From assembly GCA_035300145.1 (NCBI GenBank), contig DATGVQ010000180.1, positions 1,232-65,231 on the forward strand: a stretch of 64,000 nt of DNA, given 5' to 3'. Numbering within the stretch: the first letter of the stretch is position 1; each line of letters starts with the position of its first letter. Source of the stretch: Acidiferrobacterales bacterium (GTDB taxonomy: Bacteria > Pseudomonadota > Gammaproteobacteria > Acidiferrobacterales > DATGVQ01). Of this stretch, positions 21,133-33,885 are shown piece by piece. Under the pieces are notes generated by a model. The model was given only the letters and a program-made list of their open reading frames with translations. It was not told the origin of the DNA and did no database searches. Made by a program: the position numbers and the translations under genes.

Positions 21133-22716
21133 CTACAGCTCCCGGGTCGTGCGAAAGCTAATGTCCGGCCAGCGCTCCATGGTGAGCTGTAAATTAACCC
21201 GCGACGGCGCCAGGTAAGCCAGCTCGCCGGCGCCGTCGCGCGCAAGGTAATCGCGCAGTCTTTGCTCGAAGTCAGCGAGATTTTTGGCATCTTCGCTCAC
21301 CACCCAACGCGCGGTTGTGATAGGCACCGGTTCAAACACCGCGTCTACGCCGTATTCATGCTGCAGCCGGTGCATGACTACGTCAAACTGAAGTGCGCCG
21401 ACGGCGCCCAAAATTAAATCATTCGAGGCAAGCGGGCGAAACAACTGGGTGGCGCCTTCTTCTGTTAGCTGTTGCAGCCCCTTGTGCAGTTGTTTAGTTT
21501 TTAAAGGATTCTTGATTTGCGCGCGCCGAAAGATTTCCGGCGCAAAGTGCGGCACCCCGGTGAATTTAAGATCTTCGCCTTCGGTAAACGTATCGCCGAT
21601 AGAGATCGTGCCGTGATTATGCAGGCCGATGACATCTCCCGCATAAGCCTCCTCCGCACGAACGCGCTCCTGCGCCATAAAGGTAATGGCGTTCGCCACC
21701 ATAACCTCGCGCCCCAAACGCACATGATGGAGCTTTATGCCTCTGCTAAATTTGCCGGAACAAATGCGCACAAAAGCAATGCGATCGCGGTGCTGCGGGT
21801 CCATGTTGGCCTGAATCTTAAATACAAAACCGGTAAACTTTTCCTCATCGGCCTTGACCATGCGCGGCCCGGCATTGTAGGGCAAAGGCGCGGGGGCGAT
21901 TTCAATAAAGCGATCCAGCAGCTCTTGCACCCCGAAATTGTTGATGGCGGAGCCGAAAAACACGGGCGTCTGCCGGCCCGCCTGATAGGCGGCCTGATCG
22001 AACCCAGCACTCGCGCCGCGCACCAACTCGACCTCGGCGCGCAGCTCATGCGCCTGCTCGGCCAATATTTCATCAAGCCGTGGGTTATCAAGGCCCTGGA
22101 TCACCTCGCCTTGGTTAATGCCGCCGCCATGGGTCGGGGAATAAAGATGGACCGACGCTTGCTGTAAATGATAGATGCCGCGGAAGCGCTTACCCATGCC
22201 TATCGGCCAGGTGATCGGGGCGCACTGAATTTCGAGCACTTTTTCGATTTCATCCAACACCTCAATCGGATCGCGGCCCTCGCGGTCAAGCTTGTTGATA
22301 AACGTCGTGATGGGAGTGGCACGCAACCGGCAAACCTCCATGAGCTTCATGGTGCGCTCTTCCACGCCCTTGGCAATGTCGATCACCATAAGCGCGGAAT
22401 CCACCGCCGTTAGGGTACGATAAGTATCCTCGGAAAAATCCTCGTGCCCGGGGGTATCCAGCAGATTGATAATTTTGTCGCAATAGGGGAACTGCATGAC
22501 GGACGAAGTCACGGAAATTCCGCGCTGCCTTTCCAGCTCCATCCAATCGGAGGTGACGTGCCGCGCGCTTTTACGGCCTTTGACTGTGCCGGCCAGTTGA
22601 ATGGCGCCGCCGAACAGCAATAGTTTTTCTGTTAACGTGGTCTTACCCGCGTCCGGATGAGAAATAATGGCGAAGGTGCGGCGGCGCGCGGTCTCGCGTC
22701 TGATCTCTGCTAACAT
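21133..22716 (-). CDS. prfC: peptide chain release factor 3
   Basis: GTPase motifs: [30 protein letters not shown]. Start placed at the ATG at 22716, because the track start at 22737 is a TTG 7 codons upstream. Confidence 0.93.
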   Translation of the reverse strand: MLAEIRRETARRRTFAIISHPDAGKTTLTEKLLLFGGAIQLAGTVKGRKSARHVTSDWMELERQRGISVTSSVMQFPYCDKIINLLDTPGHEDFSEDTYRTLTAVDSALMVIDIAKGVEERTMKLMEVCRLRATPITTFINKLDREGRDPIEVLDEIEKVLEIQCAPITWPIGMGKRFRGIYHLQQASVHLYSPTHGGGINQGEVIQGLDNPRLDEILAEQAHELRAEVELVRGASAGFDQAAYQAGRQTPVFFGSAINNFGVQELLDRFIEIAPAPLPYNAGPRMVKADEEKFTGFVFKIQANMDPQHRDRIAFVRICSGKFSRGIKLHHVRLGREVMVANAITFMAQERVRAEEAYAGDVIGLHNHGTISIGDTFTEGEDLKFTGVPHFAPEIFRRAQIKNPLKTKQLHKGLQQLTEEGATQLFRPLASNDLILGAVGALQFDVVMHRLQHEYGVDAVFEPVPITTARWVVSEDAKNLADFEQRLRDYLARDGAGELAYLAPSRVNLQLTMERWPDISFRTTREL

Positions 22717-22838
22717 GGCCCAGGAAACGGATGACAAGGCCGCGCAGAATAGCGCGATTCAGCCCCGCCGGGTAGGGGCGTATCCGGCGGCAAGGCCGGC
22801 AAGCTATACTCTCAAATAACGCATTAATCTCAAGGTCA

Positions 22839-23795
22839 ATGATCCGATTAAAACTATTTCTGCTGGCCGCATCGCTTGTTTTAACCGCCTGTAGCGATTC
22901 TCCGGCGCCCCCGCTTAATCAAGATTACCCGTTAACAAAGATAACGGAGCGTGTGTATGTCATACCGGGCCCGCCTGGTTCTCCCAACAAACAAAATCAG
23001 GGGTTTATCAACAACCCCGGGTTCGTGATCACCGATAAGGGGGTGGTAGTGATTGATCCGGGCAGTAGCAGGCGGATCGGGCAAATGGTACTGGATAAAA
23101 TTCACAGCGTTACTCAGGCGCCGGTTATTGCGGTTTTCAATACCCATATTCATGGTGATCACTGGCTGGCAAACTGTGCGATTCGCGCCGCTTATCCCCA
23201 AGCCGTTATCTATGCCCACCCCGCCATGATATCCAAGATCGCCGCGGGCGAAGGCGAAAGCTGGGTCAATCTGCTAAATCGGTTAACCGAGGGCGCGCTC
23301 AAAGAAACGCAAATCGTCGCGCCCAACCTGGGAATCAATGATGGCGAGATGCTTAAGCTTGGCGGCCTCCACTTTCGTATTTATCACAACGGCAAGGCCC
23401 ATACCGATACCGATATCATGATTGAGGTGGCCGAGGAGAAGGTGATGTTCTTGGGCGACAATTTATCTTTCGGCCGCACCCCCCGCTTAGATGACGGTGA
23501 CTTCAAAGGCAATATCGCCGCTCTGGACATAGCGCTGAAAAGCGATGCGCAATATTTTATTGCCGGTCACGGCAAATCCGGTGGACGTGAAATACCGCGG
23601 GCATTTAGCGCCTACCTTGCTGCTTTGTATGGGGCGGTGAAAAAATATTATACGCAGGGCATTAGCGACTTCGCCATGAAGCCCAAGATCACGCAGGAAT
23701 TGGCCGCCTATAAAGACTGGGCAGGGTTTGATGAAGGCTTAGGCAGGCTCATCAGTCTTGCCTACCTGCAAATAGAGGCGGACTCATTTAAATAA
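22839..23795 (+). CDS. MBL-fold metallo-hydrolase, exported (lipoprotein signal)
   Basis: 318 aa. The LVLTAC lipobox and the HxHxDH motif (NTHIHGDHW). Confidence 0.75.
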   Translation: MIRLKLFLLAASLVLTACSDSPAPPLNQDYPLTKITERVYVIPGPPGSPNKQNQGFINNPGFVITDKGVVVIDPGSSRRIGQMVLDKIHSVTQAPVIAVFNTHIHGDHWLANCAIRAAYPQAVIYAHPAMISKIAAGEGESWVNLLNRLTEGALKETQIVAPNLGINDGEMLKLGGLHFRIYHNGKAHTDTDIMIEVAEEKVMFLGDNLSFGRTPRLDDGDFKGNIAALDIALKSDAQYFIAGHGKSGGREIPRAFSAYLAALYGAVKKYYTQGISDFAMKPKITQELAAYKDWAGFDEGLGRLISLAYLQIEADSFK

Positions 23796-24745
23796 TGTAC
23801 TCGCTCTTCCCCGAAATTCGACCCAATGCCCAATATCGCATCGCGGTTGAGCCGCCGCATGAGTTATACGCAGAGGAGTGCGGTGACCCGCAGGGTCTGC
23901 CGGTGCTGTTTGTCCACGGCGGCCCGGGGGCCGGCTGTGAAGACTATCACCGCCGTTTTTTCGATCCAAACAGCTACCGTATCGTCCTATTTGACCAGCG
24001 CGGCAGCGGGCGCTCCACGCCCCACGCCTGTTTGGAAAAAAATACTACGCAGGCCCTGGTCGCCGACATGGAGATTATCCGAGAACATCTCCATATCGAG
24101 CGCTGGGTCTTGTTTGGGGGCTCGTGGGGTTCCACCCTAAGCCTGGTCTATGCCGAAACCCACCCTGAACGTGTGCTGGGTTTGATCCTGCGCGGAATTT
24201 TTTTGTGTCGCCCGCATGAGATCGGTTGGTTTTATCAAGCAGGCGCGAACAAGATCTTCCCGGACTATTGGCAAGATTTTATTGCTCCCATTCCAGAAAA
24301 TGAGCGTCACGACCTGTTGCATGCCCACTATCGGCGTCTGACCGGCAGCGATGAAATTGCGCGCATGGCCTCAGCCAAGGCCTGGTCGCTGTGGGAGGGC
24401 CGCACCTCTAATCTACAGCAGAAAAAATCCGTCACCGATTTTTTTGGTTCCGCTCATATCGCCCTTAGCCTGGCGCGCATCGAGGCGCACTACTTTGTCC
24501 ATAACAGTTTTCTTGCCCCCCATCAGATTCTGCAAGAAGCGCGTCGCTTACAAAACATTCCGGGAATCATCGTGCATGGGCGCTATGATATCGTCTGCCC
24601 ACTGGAAAACGCCTGGGACCTTCATCAGGCCTGGCCGGTCGCCCGATTTCATATCATCCCGGATGCCGGCCATTCGGCGAGCGAACCGGGCATCACGCAG
24701 GCGCTAGTCAAAGCCACGATAGAAATGGCCAAATTACACAGGTAG
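23795..24745 (+). CDS. pip: prolyl aminopeptidase (proline iminopeptidase)
   Basis: 316 aa. VLFVHGGPGAG, DQRGSGRS, the nucleophile elbow GGSWGSTL, and the C-terminal PDAGHSA. Confidence 0.88.
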   Translation: MYSLFPEIRPNAQYRIAVEPPHELYAEECGDPQGLPVLFVHGGPGAGCEDYHRRFFDPNSYRIVLFDQRGSGRSTPHACLEKNTTQALVADMEIIREHLHIERWVLFGGSWGSTLSLVYAETHPERVLGLILRGIFLCRPHEIGWFYQAGANKIFPDYWQDFIAPIPENERHDLLHAHYRRLTGSDEIARMASAKAWSLWEGRTSNLQQKKSVTDFFGSAHIALSLARIEAHYFVHNSFLAPHQILQEARRLQNIPGIIVHGRYDIVCPLENAWDLHQAWPVARFHIIPDAGHSASEPGITQALVKATIEMAKLHR

Positions 24746-24750
24746 GGGCT

Positions 24751-25557
24751 ATGTCTGTTTATGCCATTGGCGATGTGCAGGGTTGCTTTGATCCATTGCG
24801 CGCCTTGCTCGACAAAATTCACTTCGAACCTGCCCAAGATCGCCTCTGGTTTACCGGCGACCTGGTCAATCGTGGGCCGCATTCGCTAGCGGTGCTTCGG
24901 CTGGTCAAAGACCTGCAAGCCATTACCGTTTTAGGCAATCACGATCTTCATTTATTAGCCGTGGCCTGCAAGCAAGCGCGGACGACGCCGCAGGATACTT
25001 TGGGCGCGGTTTTGTCCGCGCCAGACCGAGAGGAGTTGCTCGACTGGCTGCGCCGGCAGCCGCTGTTACATCATGACCTGGCTCTGAATTATGCCATCGT
25101 GCATGCTGGGTTGTTACCGCAATGGCCCTTAACCAGGGCAAAAGCGCTTGCGCAAGAGATCGAAAAAGTATTGCAAGGTCCTGATTATCCGGAGTTTTTT
25201 ATCCATATGTACGGCGACCGGCCGGATCAATGGCACAACGGATTACGCGGCTGGGAGCGCCTGCGGGTGATCCTGAATGCCCTAACCCGGCTGCGCTATT
25301 GCGACCGCGAGGGCCGCATGGACCTGGAGGAAAAGGGCCGGCCGGGCACACAGCCGGCGCACCTGTTCCCTTGGTTTGAGATAACCGCACGTAAGAGTCA
25401 AGACACCACTATTGTTTTCGGCCACTGGTCTACCCTGGGCGCCTGGCAAGACCGCGGCGTGGTCAGCTTAGATAGCGGGTGCTGTTGGGGCGGGGCCTTA
25501 ACGGCCGCACGGCTTGAACCGGATGCGGTAGAATTTTACCATGTGCCGTGTGCGTAA
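24751..25557 (+). CDS. apaH: symmetrical bis(5'-nucleosyl)-tetraphosphatase
   Basis: 268 aa. VYAIGDVQGC, GDLVNRGP, GNHD, VHAG. Confidence 0.9.
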   Translation: MSVYAIGDVQGCFDPLRALLDKIHFEPAQDRLWFTGDLVNRGPHSLAVLRLVKDLQAITVLGNHDLHLLAVACKQARTTPQDTLGAVLSAPDREELLDWLRRQPLLHHDLALNYAIVHAGLLPQWPLTRAKALAQEIEKVLQGPDYPEFFIHMYGDRPDQWHNGLRGWERLRVILNALTRLRYCDREGRMDLEEKGRPGTQPAHLFPWFEITARKSQDTTIVFGHWSTLGAWQDRGVVSLDSGCCWGGALTAARLEPDAVEFYHVPCA

Positions 25558-25611
25558 TTGTGCTTAACCGGGAGCAAAATCAGGCAACGTATTTGCTTAA
25601 GGAGATCATTG

Positions 25612-25995
25612 ATGCGGGAGACACCTAAGCACTTCATTGAGATCGACGTCAAGACCACCTATGTCTCGGCGCAATCGGCGCCGGGGGCGAACCGCTACGT
25701 CTTCGCCTATACCATTACCATTACCAACGCCGGCACCACCGCTGCCAAGCTGATGGCCCGTCATTGGATTATTACCGATGCTAACAACAAAGTGCAGGAG
25801 GTGCGCGGCGAGGGTGTGGTGGGTGAACAGCCTTACCTTGTCCCCGGCATGAGTTTCCAATACACGAGCGGGACCATGATAGAAACCCCGGTGGGTAGCA
25901 TGCGCGGCAGCTATCAGATGGTAGCGGAAGATGGTACCGAATTTGACGCTGAGATTCCGCCTTTTATGTTAAGCATGCCGCGTACTTTGCATTAA
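25612..25995 (+). CDS. apaG: ApaG (DUF525) protein
   Basis: Start at the ATG at 25612, preceded by aaggag. YVFAYTITITNAG, RHWIITDANNKVQEVRGEGVVGEQP. Adjacent to apaH. Confidence 0.88.
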   Translation: MRETPKHFIEIDVKTTYVSAQSAPGANRYVFAYTITITNAGTTAAKLMARHWIITDANNKVQEVRGEGVVGEQPYLVPGMSFQYTSGTMIETPVGSMRGSYQMVAEDGTEFDAEIPPFMLSMPRTLH

Positions 25996-26019
25996 CCCGC
26001 CCTGGTTCACTTAACCCCA

Positions 26020-28467
<2,448 letters not shown>

Positions 28468-28516
28468 CTAACATTTTCTGTTAGCGCGCGGGTGGCTAAT
28501 TGCTGCGCCCGCAGGT

Positions 28517-28532
28517 GGCTCCACGTGAAACC
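28517..28532. other. parS-like half-degenerate site
   Basis: GGCTCCACGTGAAACC matches 13 of 16 positions of TGTTCCACGTGAAACA, with the right half perfect. Confidence 0.35.
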
Positions 28533-28561
28533 ATGCCCAGCTAGGGACAGGTCAATCGCTC

Positions 28562-28577
28562 TGTTCCACATGAAACA
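28562..28577. other. parS-like centromere site
   Basis: TGTTCCACATGAAACA matches 15 of 16 positions of the classic parS TGTTCCACGTGAAACA. The one difference is the central G to A. parA-parB are present in the window. Confidence 0.6.
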
Positions 28578-28646
28578 ATTTAAAAAAAGGGGGGATTTAC
28601 AAGAGGCGTGGAAGCGTCCGTGCCTGGTTGTAGCTAGACCCTCCTT

Positions 28647-29750
28647 CTAGAGCCGCATGGGCATTACTATATATAGATATTTTTTATCCCCGGGGGTACT
28701 CAGCGTACAGCTACTATTGGGATCGGTCAGGCCAACCTCAACCGCTTCACCTCCCAAAGCCGTAACCGCTTCGATCAGGTAGTTAATATTGAAACCGATC
28801 TCCAGGTTTTCGCCCCGGTAGGTAATAGCCAGCTCCTCTTCTGCTTCTTCCTGCTCAGGATTGTGGGCGGTGATCTTCATTGCACCCGCGCTTAGGTTAA
28901 TCTGAGCACCACGATATTTATCGTTGGACAAGATTGCTACTCGACTCAAGGTCTCATGCAGCTGCTCTCGCGAGAGAATGATTTGTTTTGTATGGGCAGC
29001 GGGGATAACTTTGTTGTAATCAGGGAAGCGGCCGTCGATAAGTTTGGAGGTGAAGGTTAGCTCTTTTAGATTTATGCGTAAGTGGTTGCTGCTTAACTGA
29101 ACCTCAGCAGTTTCGTTGGTGTCTTCCAAAAAACGGATGATTTCCTGAACGCCTTTTCTAGGAATGATTATTTGTTTCTCTCCGTTAATTCCAGCATCTA
29201 GGGTGGTCTTCCCTAGAGCAAGACGATGTCCATCAGTGGCAACGGCCCATAGCTGGTTAGGCGCTAACAGCTCCAACAAAAGTCCATTCAAATAATAACG
29301 AACGTCCTGTTGCGCCATACAGAAGTGAGTTTTTTCCAATAATTCCTTAAGCAGCTTCTGTGGTAGTACAAAGGTCTGCTCCCAGCGCACTGTCTCAATA
29401 TTAGGAAAATCAGCGGTCGGCAAGGTCAATAGGGTGAAGCGACTGTTGCCCGACTTAATAGCTACTTTCTCCTTCCCCTGTTTTATTTCAATTTTAGCGT
29501 GTGGCGGCAGGGCCCGGCAGATATCCAATAGTTTGCGCGCAGGTATGGTAATTTCGCCTTGTTCCCCATCAGAGGTGAATAGCCTGGTTATTACTTCTAC
29601 CTCTAGGTCAGTACCCGTTAGGGTTAAAGTTTTTCCGTCAAACCTAAGAAGGGCATTAGAAAGAACAGGTAGAGTCTGGCGGCGTTCTACCACCCCAGCT
29701 ACGAGTGCAAGCGGTTTAAGCAGTTCTTCGCGTTCAATATTAATACGCAT
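28647..29750 (-). CDS. dnaN: DNA polymerase III beta sliding clamp
   Basis: 367 aa. MRINIEREELLKPL, LPVLSNALL, ATDGHRLA, and the C-terminal YIVMPMRL. Confidence 0.96.
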   Translation of the reverse strand: MRINIEREELLKPLALVAGVVERRQTLPVLSNALLRFDGKTLTLTGTDLEVEVITRLFTSDGEQGEITIPARKLLDICRALPPHAKIEIKQGKEKVAIKSGNSRFTLLTLPTADFPNIETVRWEQTFVLPQKLLKELLEKTHFCMAQQDVRYYLNGLLLELLAPNQLWAVATDGHRLALGKTTLDAGINGEKQIIIPRKGVQEIIRFLEDTNETAEVQLSSNHLRINLKELTFTSKLIDGRFPDYNKVIPAAHTKQIILSREQLHETLSRVAILSNDKYRGAQINLSAGAMKITAHNPEQEEAEEELAITYRGENLEIGFNINYLIEAVTALGGEAVEVGLTDPNSSCTLSTPGDKKYLYIVMPMRL

Positions 29751-29983
29751 GGGGGTTTCCTAAAGTTAAAAATCTATTTAAGAAGTTATAGTAGTTATTT
29801 ATGCGGTCTCTCGCTGTGGGTAAGCCGGTTTTTCTCTTTTAAAACAACTTGTTATTTAGTTTATAATGCTGTTTATATGCCATAAAAATATCCTGCGGTT
29901 GTAGACATAGTTATGTCATAGTTCATCGGTGTTTTATCCATCTGCAGGTTATCCACACCTTCATATAGAGTTATCCGCAGTGT
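29751..29983. other. candidate oriC / DnaA-box cluster in the dnaA-dnaN spacer
   Basis: Four DnaA boxes: TTATCCACA 29949-29957 (9/9), TTATCCGCA 29971-29979 (8/9), TTATCCATC 29934-29942 (7/9), and inverted TGTGGGTAA 29815-29823 (8/9). There are also very AT-rich tracts at 29761-29800 and 29838-29900, including aatctatttaaga, which resembles the E. coli 13-mer GATCTnTTnTTTT. Confidence 0.5.
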
Positions 29984-31351
29984 TCACGTCGTCAAAATAC
30001 GTAATAGGTTTGTGTAATCTTCTTTAGCACGCGGATCGCTTTTTATAAGTTCAGCAATCTTGCGACACCCATGAAGGACGGTGGTGTGATCCCGCCCGCC
30101 GAATGCATCACCAATTTCCGGTAGACTGTGTTCCGTTAACTCCTTGGCAAGCGCCATGGCAATCTGTCTCGGTCGTGTCACCTGCCTGGAGCGGCTTTTG
30201 GCATGCAGGTCTGAGACGCGTATTTTATAATATTCCGCCACGGTTTTTTGAATGTTATTGATGGTGATAAGTCGTTCATGAAACGCCAATAGATCCTTAA
30301 GGCTTTCACTAACAAGCGTTAGGTCAATAGGTCGCCCGGTAAAAGTCGCGCTCGCTATAATCCGGCGCAGTGCGCCCTCGAGCTCTCGTACGTTCGACCG
30401 CACCCGCTTGGCGACAAAGAAGGCCACCTCGCTTGATAACGTAACGCCTTGTTGTTGAGCTTTTTTGATAAGAATGGCAACGCGTGTTTCCAATTCCGGG
30501 GGCTCAATGGATACCGTGAGGCCGCAGCCGAAACGTGACACCAGACGTTCCTCAACCCCAACAAACTCCTTTGGAAATCTGTCGGCGGTAATAATAACCT
30601 GGCGCTGTCCCTCTAAAAGCGCGTTAAAGGTGTGGAAAAACTCTTCCTGTGAACGTTCTTTACCAGCGAAGAATTGGATATCGTCGATTAACAGCGCATC
30701 GAGCGAGCGATAATGCTTTTTGAATTCATTGATGGCATTATGCTGCAGTGCTTTAACCATATCTGCCACGAACCGCTCCGAGTGCACATAAGCGATGTTG
30801 GCCTCTGGTTTGTGAGCCACCGTTAAGTTGCCGGCGGCCTGCATGAGGTGGGTTTTACCAAGGCCAACGCCGCCGTAAATGAACAGGGGGTTATAAGCAT
30901 AACCTGGGTTTTCTCCTACCTGCTTGGCAGCAGCGCGTGCAAGTTGATTGGATTTACCCTCGACATGGGTTTCGAAGGTGAAGTCCGGATTAAGCCTGTT
31001 GGCGGGTAAAGCCGCCCTTCTGTTAGAGGTTTGAGGGCCCTTGATCGTTGCCTTTTTAGCCGGGCTTTGGCTGCTGCCCACCTCAACCAAAACACTTATC
31101 GCCTCGTCCCCCTCGTTGTATTGTGCGGCGAGTTCCGAGATCCGCGCCACGAAACGCTCCTTAACCCAATCCATTACAAAACGGTTAGGCGCGAGCAGAC
31201 GCAGGATACAATGTTCTTTAACCGCATGGAGCGGCCGTATCCAGGTGTTAAACTGCTGTGCCGACAGCTCTTCTTCCAAATGCTCCAGACATTTTTTCCA
31301 AAGGATAGAGTATGTCACAAACAGTTTTTGATTTTCTGTTGGGGGTAGCAA
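29984..31351 (-). CDS. dnaA: chromosomal replication initiator DnaA
   Basis: 455-aa ORF. Walker [19 protein letters not shown], box VII/VIII, and the C-terminal DNA-binding [15 protein letters not shown]. The start is uncertain: TTG at 31351, or an internal GTG giving [14 protein letters not shown]. Confidence 0.96.
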   Translation of the reverse strand: MLPPTENQKLFVTYSILWKKCLEHLEEELSAQQFNTWIRPLHAVKEHCILRLLAPNRFVMDWVKERFVARISELAAQYNEGDEAISVLVEVGSSQSPAKKATIKGPQTSNRRAALPANRLNPDFTFETHVEGKSNQLARAAAKQVGENPGYAYNPLFIYGGVGLGKTHLMQAAGNLTVAHKPEANIAYVHSERFVADMVKALQHNAINEFKKHYRSLDALLIDDIQFFAGKERSQEEFFHTFNALLEGQRQVIITADRFPKEFVGVEERLVSRFGCGLTVSIEPPELETRVAILIKKAQQQGVTLSSEVAFFVAKRVRSNVRELEGALRRIIASATFTGRPIDLTLVSESLKDLLAFHERLITINNIQKTVAEYYKIRVSDLHAKSRSRQVTRPRQIAMALAKELTEHSLPEIGDAFGGRDHTTVLHGCRKIAELIKSDPRAKEDYTNLLRILTT

Positions 31352-31482
31352 GTCTAGCGTTTAACTGTGGTGGTCCACAAGCACGGAGGCATGTTCGCGA
31401 CGCCTTTTTGTATTAGTTGACAAATGCGCGTGGAAGGCAGTAAGGTTGGCGGCTTTTTAAAACCGCTTTTATTTAGACCACA

Positions 31483-31617
31483 ATGAAAAGAACTTACCAG
31501 CCTAGTGTATTGAAACGCAAGCGCACACACGGTTTTCGGGCACGGATGAAAACTGCTGGGGGGCGAGCCGTCTTAAGTGCGCGGCGCGCTAAAGGCCGGC
31601 ATCGGCTTAGCGCCTAG
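31483..31617 (+). CDS. rpmH: 50S ribosomal protein L34
   Basis: 44 codons, too short for the ORF track. Translation: [44 protein letters not shown]. Confidence 0.95.
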   Translation: MKRTYQPSVLKRKRTHGFRARMKTAGGRAVLSARRAKGRHRLSA

Positions 31618-31625
31618 TCTGATCC

Positions 31626-32003
31626 GTGACTGGCGTTTGCCCAGAGTCGCCTGAGAGATTACCGAGGTCTCGCCGCATCCCGACGCCCGCTGCCTATGCG
31701 GCGGTGTTTCGGCGCGGGCAGAAAACCCAAGACGCCTTTTTTGCGGTATTCGCCGCGCCCGGAGCGACCTCTTGTACGCGCATCGGGCTCGCGGTGTCGC
31801 GCAAAGTATCGCGTAAAGCAGTAGTACGGAACCGCGTCAAGCGTCAAGTGCGCGAATCGTTTCGTCGCAATCAGTTTGTGCTTGCCGGGTTAGATTTGGT
31901 GGTGGTAGCGCGCCCCGCGGCGGCTGGGGGCGCCGGCCCGAGGTTGCGGGCTTCGTTGCAACAGCACTGGGAAGAAATTACACGCAAATGCAAAAAGCTT
32001 TGA
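31626..32003 (+). CDS. rnpA: ribonuclease P protein component
   Basis: 125 aa, basic. GLAVSRKVSRKAVVRNRVKRQVRESFR is the RNR motif. Lies directly after rpmH. Confidence 0.88.
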   Translation: MTGVCPESPERLPRSRRIPTPAAYAAVFRRGQKTQDAFFAVFAAPGATSCTRIGLAVSRKVSRKAVVRNRVKRQVRESFRRNQFVLAGLDLVVVARPAAAGGAGPRLRASLQQHWEEITRKCKKL

Positions 32004-32230
32004 TTCTGTTATTGCGCGGCTATCGTTATTGGCTTAGCCCTTGGCTGGGGCAGCATTGCCGATTTTATCCCAGCTGCTCTTGCTATGCGCTCGACGCCAT
32101 TGCCGCCCATGGCGCGCGTAAAGGCATGGTTTTAACCTGCGCCCGGTTATTGCGTTGCCATCCTTGGTGTGCAGGGGGGTATGACCCGGTGCCTGGGACC
32201 GCAACACCGCGGGGGGCGCGCCATGGATAA
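31988..32230 (+). CDS. yidD: membrane protein insertion efficiency factor YidD
   Basis: 80 aa. YRYWLSPWLGQHCRFYPSCSCYALDAI..HG..KG..L...RLLRCHPW..GGYDPVP. Confidence 0.88.
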   Translation: MQKALILLLRGYRYWLSPWLGQHCRFYPSCSCYALDAIAAHGARKGMVLTCARLLRCHPWCAGGYDPVPGTATPRGARHG

Positions 32231-33848
32231 CCAGCGGTTCTTTCTGTTTATCGCCTTATCCCTCGTCATCTTGTTATTGTGGCAAGCGTGGGAGCGGGAA
32301 CAGGCGCCGCCGGTAGTTCCAAATCCCGCCGCCGTAACACGCGATGTCCCCCAGACACCGCCGCCGCCGGCCGGCGCCAACAGTCCGGGGACACCGGCGA
32401 ATGAGACGCTGGAAAGTGCCGGGCGCATCCAAATTACTACCGACTTGCTGCGCGCGCAAATTGACACCCTGGGCGGAGACCTGCGCACACTTTACTTGCT
32501 TAAGTACCCGGTTAGGGTGGAAGAGCCTGGCACACCATTTCAGCTATTGAACGACAACGGGGCCGAGCTTTTTATTACTCAATCCGGCCTGATTGGCAAT
32601 GACGATTCTTATCCCAATCATAAAAGCTTGTACAGCGCCGAGCACCACGAGTACCGGCTTGGCGACGGCCAAGAGCAGCTACAAGTGCGCTTGGATTGGT
32701 CCAAGGGCGGATTGCGCGTAGCTAAAATTTACACCTTTCATCGCCACAGCTACGTCGTTGACCTTGATTATGTGATTGAGAATCGCGCTAACAAACCGCG
32801 CAACCCCTACCTCTATGCCCAGTTTCTGCGCAGCCATCACGCAGAAACCAGCTATTTCAGCGGCGCCATCAGTTATGTGGGCGGCGCGGTTTATAGCCCG
32901 GAAAAGAAGTACCAGAAAGTCACTCTTACCGAAATGGCCCAGAAGCACCGGCAAGAAAATGTTACCGACGGTTGGGTGGCAATGCTGCAGCATTATTTTG
33001 TCGCGGCCTGGCTGCCGCCGGAAAAATCCCCCACCCAGGTCTATACCGACGCGCAGGAGACAACCCGTTACGTACTTGGCTACAAGAATCTTACCCCCGC
33101 GCATATCAATCCCGGCGCGGTTGGCCGGCTCAATACCAGACTGTACCTGGGCCCGAAAGACCAGGACCAGCTGGAAAAGATCGCCCCGGGCCTGGTCCTG
33201 ACCGTGGATTACGGCTGGTTAACGGTCATCGCCGCCCCCTTGTATTGGGTGCTGGAGCGCATTCATCAAGCCATCGGGAACTGGGGCTGGGCCATTGTTA
33301 TTCTTACCGTTTTAATCAAACTGGCGTTTTACCCCTTGTCTGCCACCAGCTATAAATCCATGGCCAATATGCGCCGGCTGCAACCGCGGCTGATGAGTCT
33401 TAAAGAGCGCTACGGCGAAGACCGGCAGCGGATGCATCAGGCGACAATGGAGTTGTATAAAACCGAAAAGCTCAATCCGCTCGGCGGTTGTTTGCCCATC
33501 GTAGTCCAAATCCCGGTGTTTATCGCGCTGTACTGGGTGCTGCTGGAAAGCGTAGAGCTGCGGCAAGCGCCATTTGCATTATGGATAAGGGACCTGTCCA
33601 CGCCCGACCCTTATTTTGTGTTGCCCATTGTGATGGGCATCACCATGGCCGCTCAGCAGATGCTGAACCCTTCACCGCTCGATCCGATCCAGAAAAAGGT
33701 GATGATGGCGCTGCCGTTCGTGTTTACGGTGTTTTTTCTCTTCTTCCCGGCCGGCCTGGTGTTATATTGGGTGGTGAATAATGCCTTGTCCATCGCGCAA
33801 CAATGGTGGATCACCCGCACTATTGAGAGTCAGGCGAAACCGAGTTAG
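32223..33848 (+). CDS. yidC: membrane protein insertase YidC
   Basis: The conserved start [23 protein letters not shown] is at 32223. The track start at 32169 lies inside yidD. C-terminal core: MRRLQP....KERYG.D.Q...[18 protein letters not shown]. Confidence 0.95.
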   Translation: MDNQRFFLFIALSLVILLLWQAWEREQAPPVVPNPAAVTRDVPQTPPPPAGANSPGTPANETLESAGRIQITTDLLRAQIDTLGGDLRTLYLLKYPVRVEEPGTPFQLLNDNGAELFITQSGLIGNDDSYPNHKSLYSAEHHEYRLGDGQEQLQVRLDWSKGGLRVAKIYTFHRHSYVVDLDYVIENRANKPRNPYLYAQFLRSHHAETSYFSGAISYVGGAVYSPEKKYQKVTLTEMAQKHRQENVTDGWVAMLQHYFVAAWLPPEKSPTQVYTDAQETTRYVLGYKNLTPAHINPGAVGRLNTRLYLGPKDQDQLEKIAPGLVLTVDYGWLTVIAAPLYWVLERIHQAIGNWGWAIVILTVLIKLAFYPLSATSYKSMANMRRLQPRLMSLKERYGEDRQRMHQATMELYKTEKLNPLGGCLPIVVQIPVFIALYWVLLESVELRQAPFALWIRDLSTPDPYFVLPIVMGITMAAQQMLNPSPLDPIQKKVMMALPFVFTVFFLFFPAGLVLYWVVNNALSIAQQWWITRTIESQAKPS

Positions 33849-33885
33849 GTTGCGTAATTCAACCCGCTCTGGTTGGCCCCTCAGT

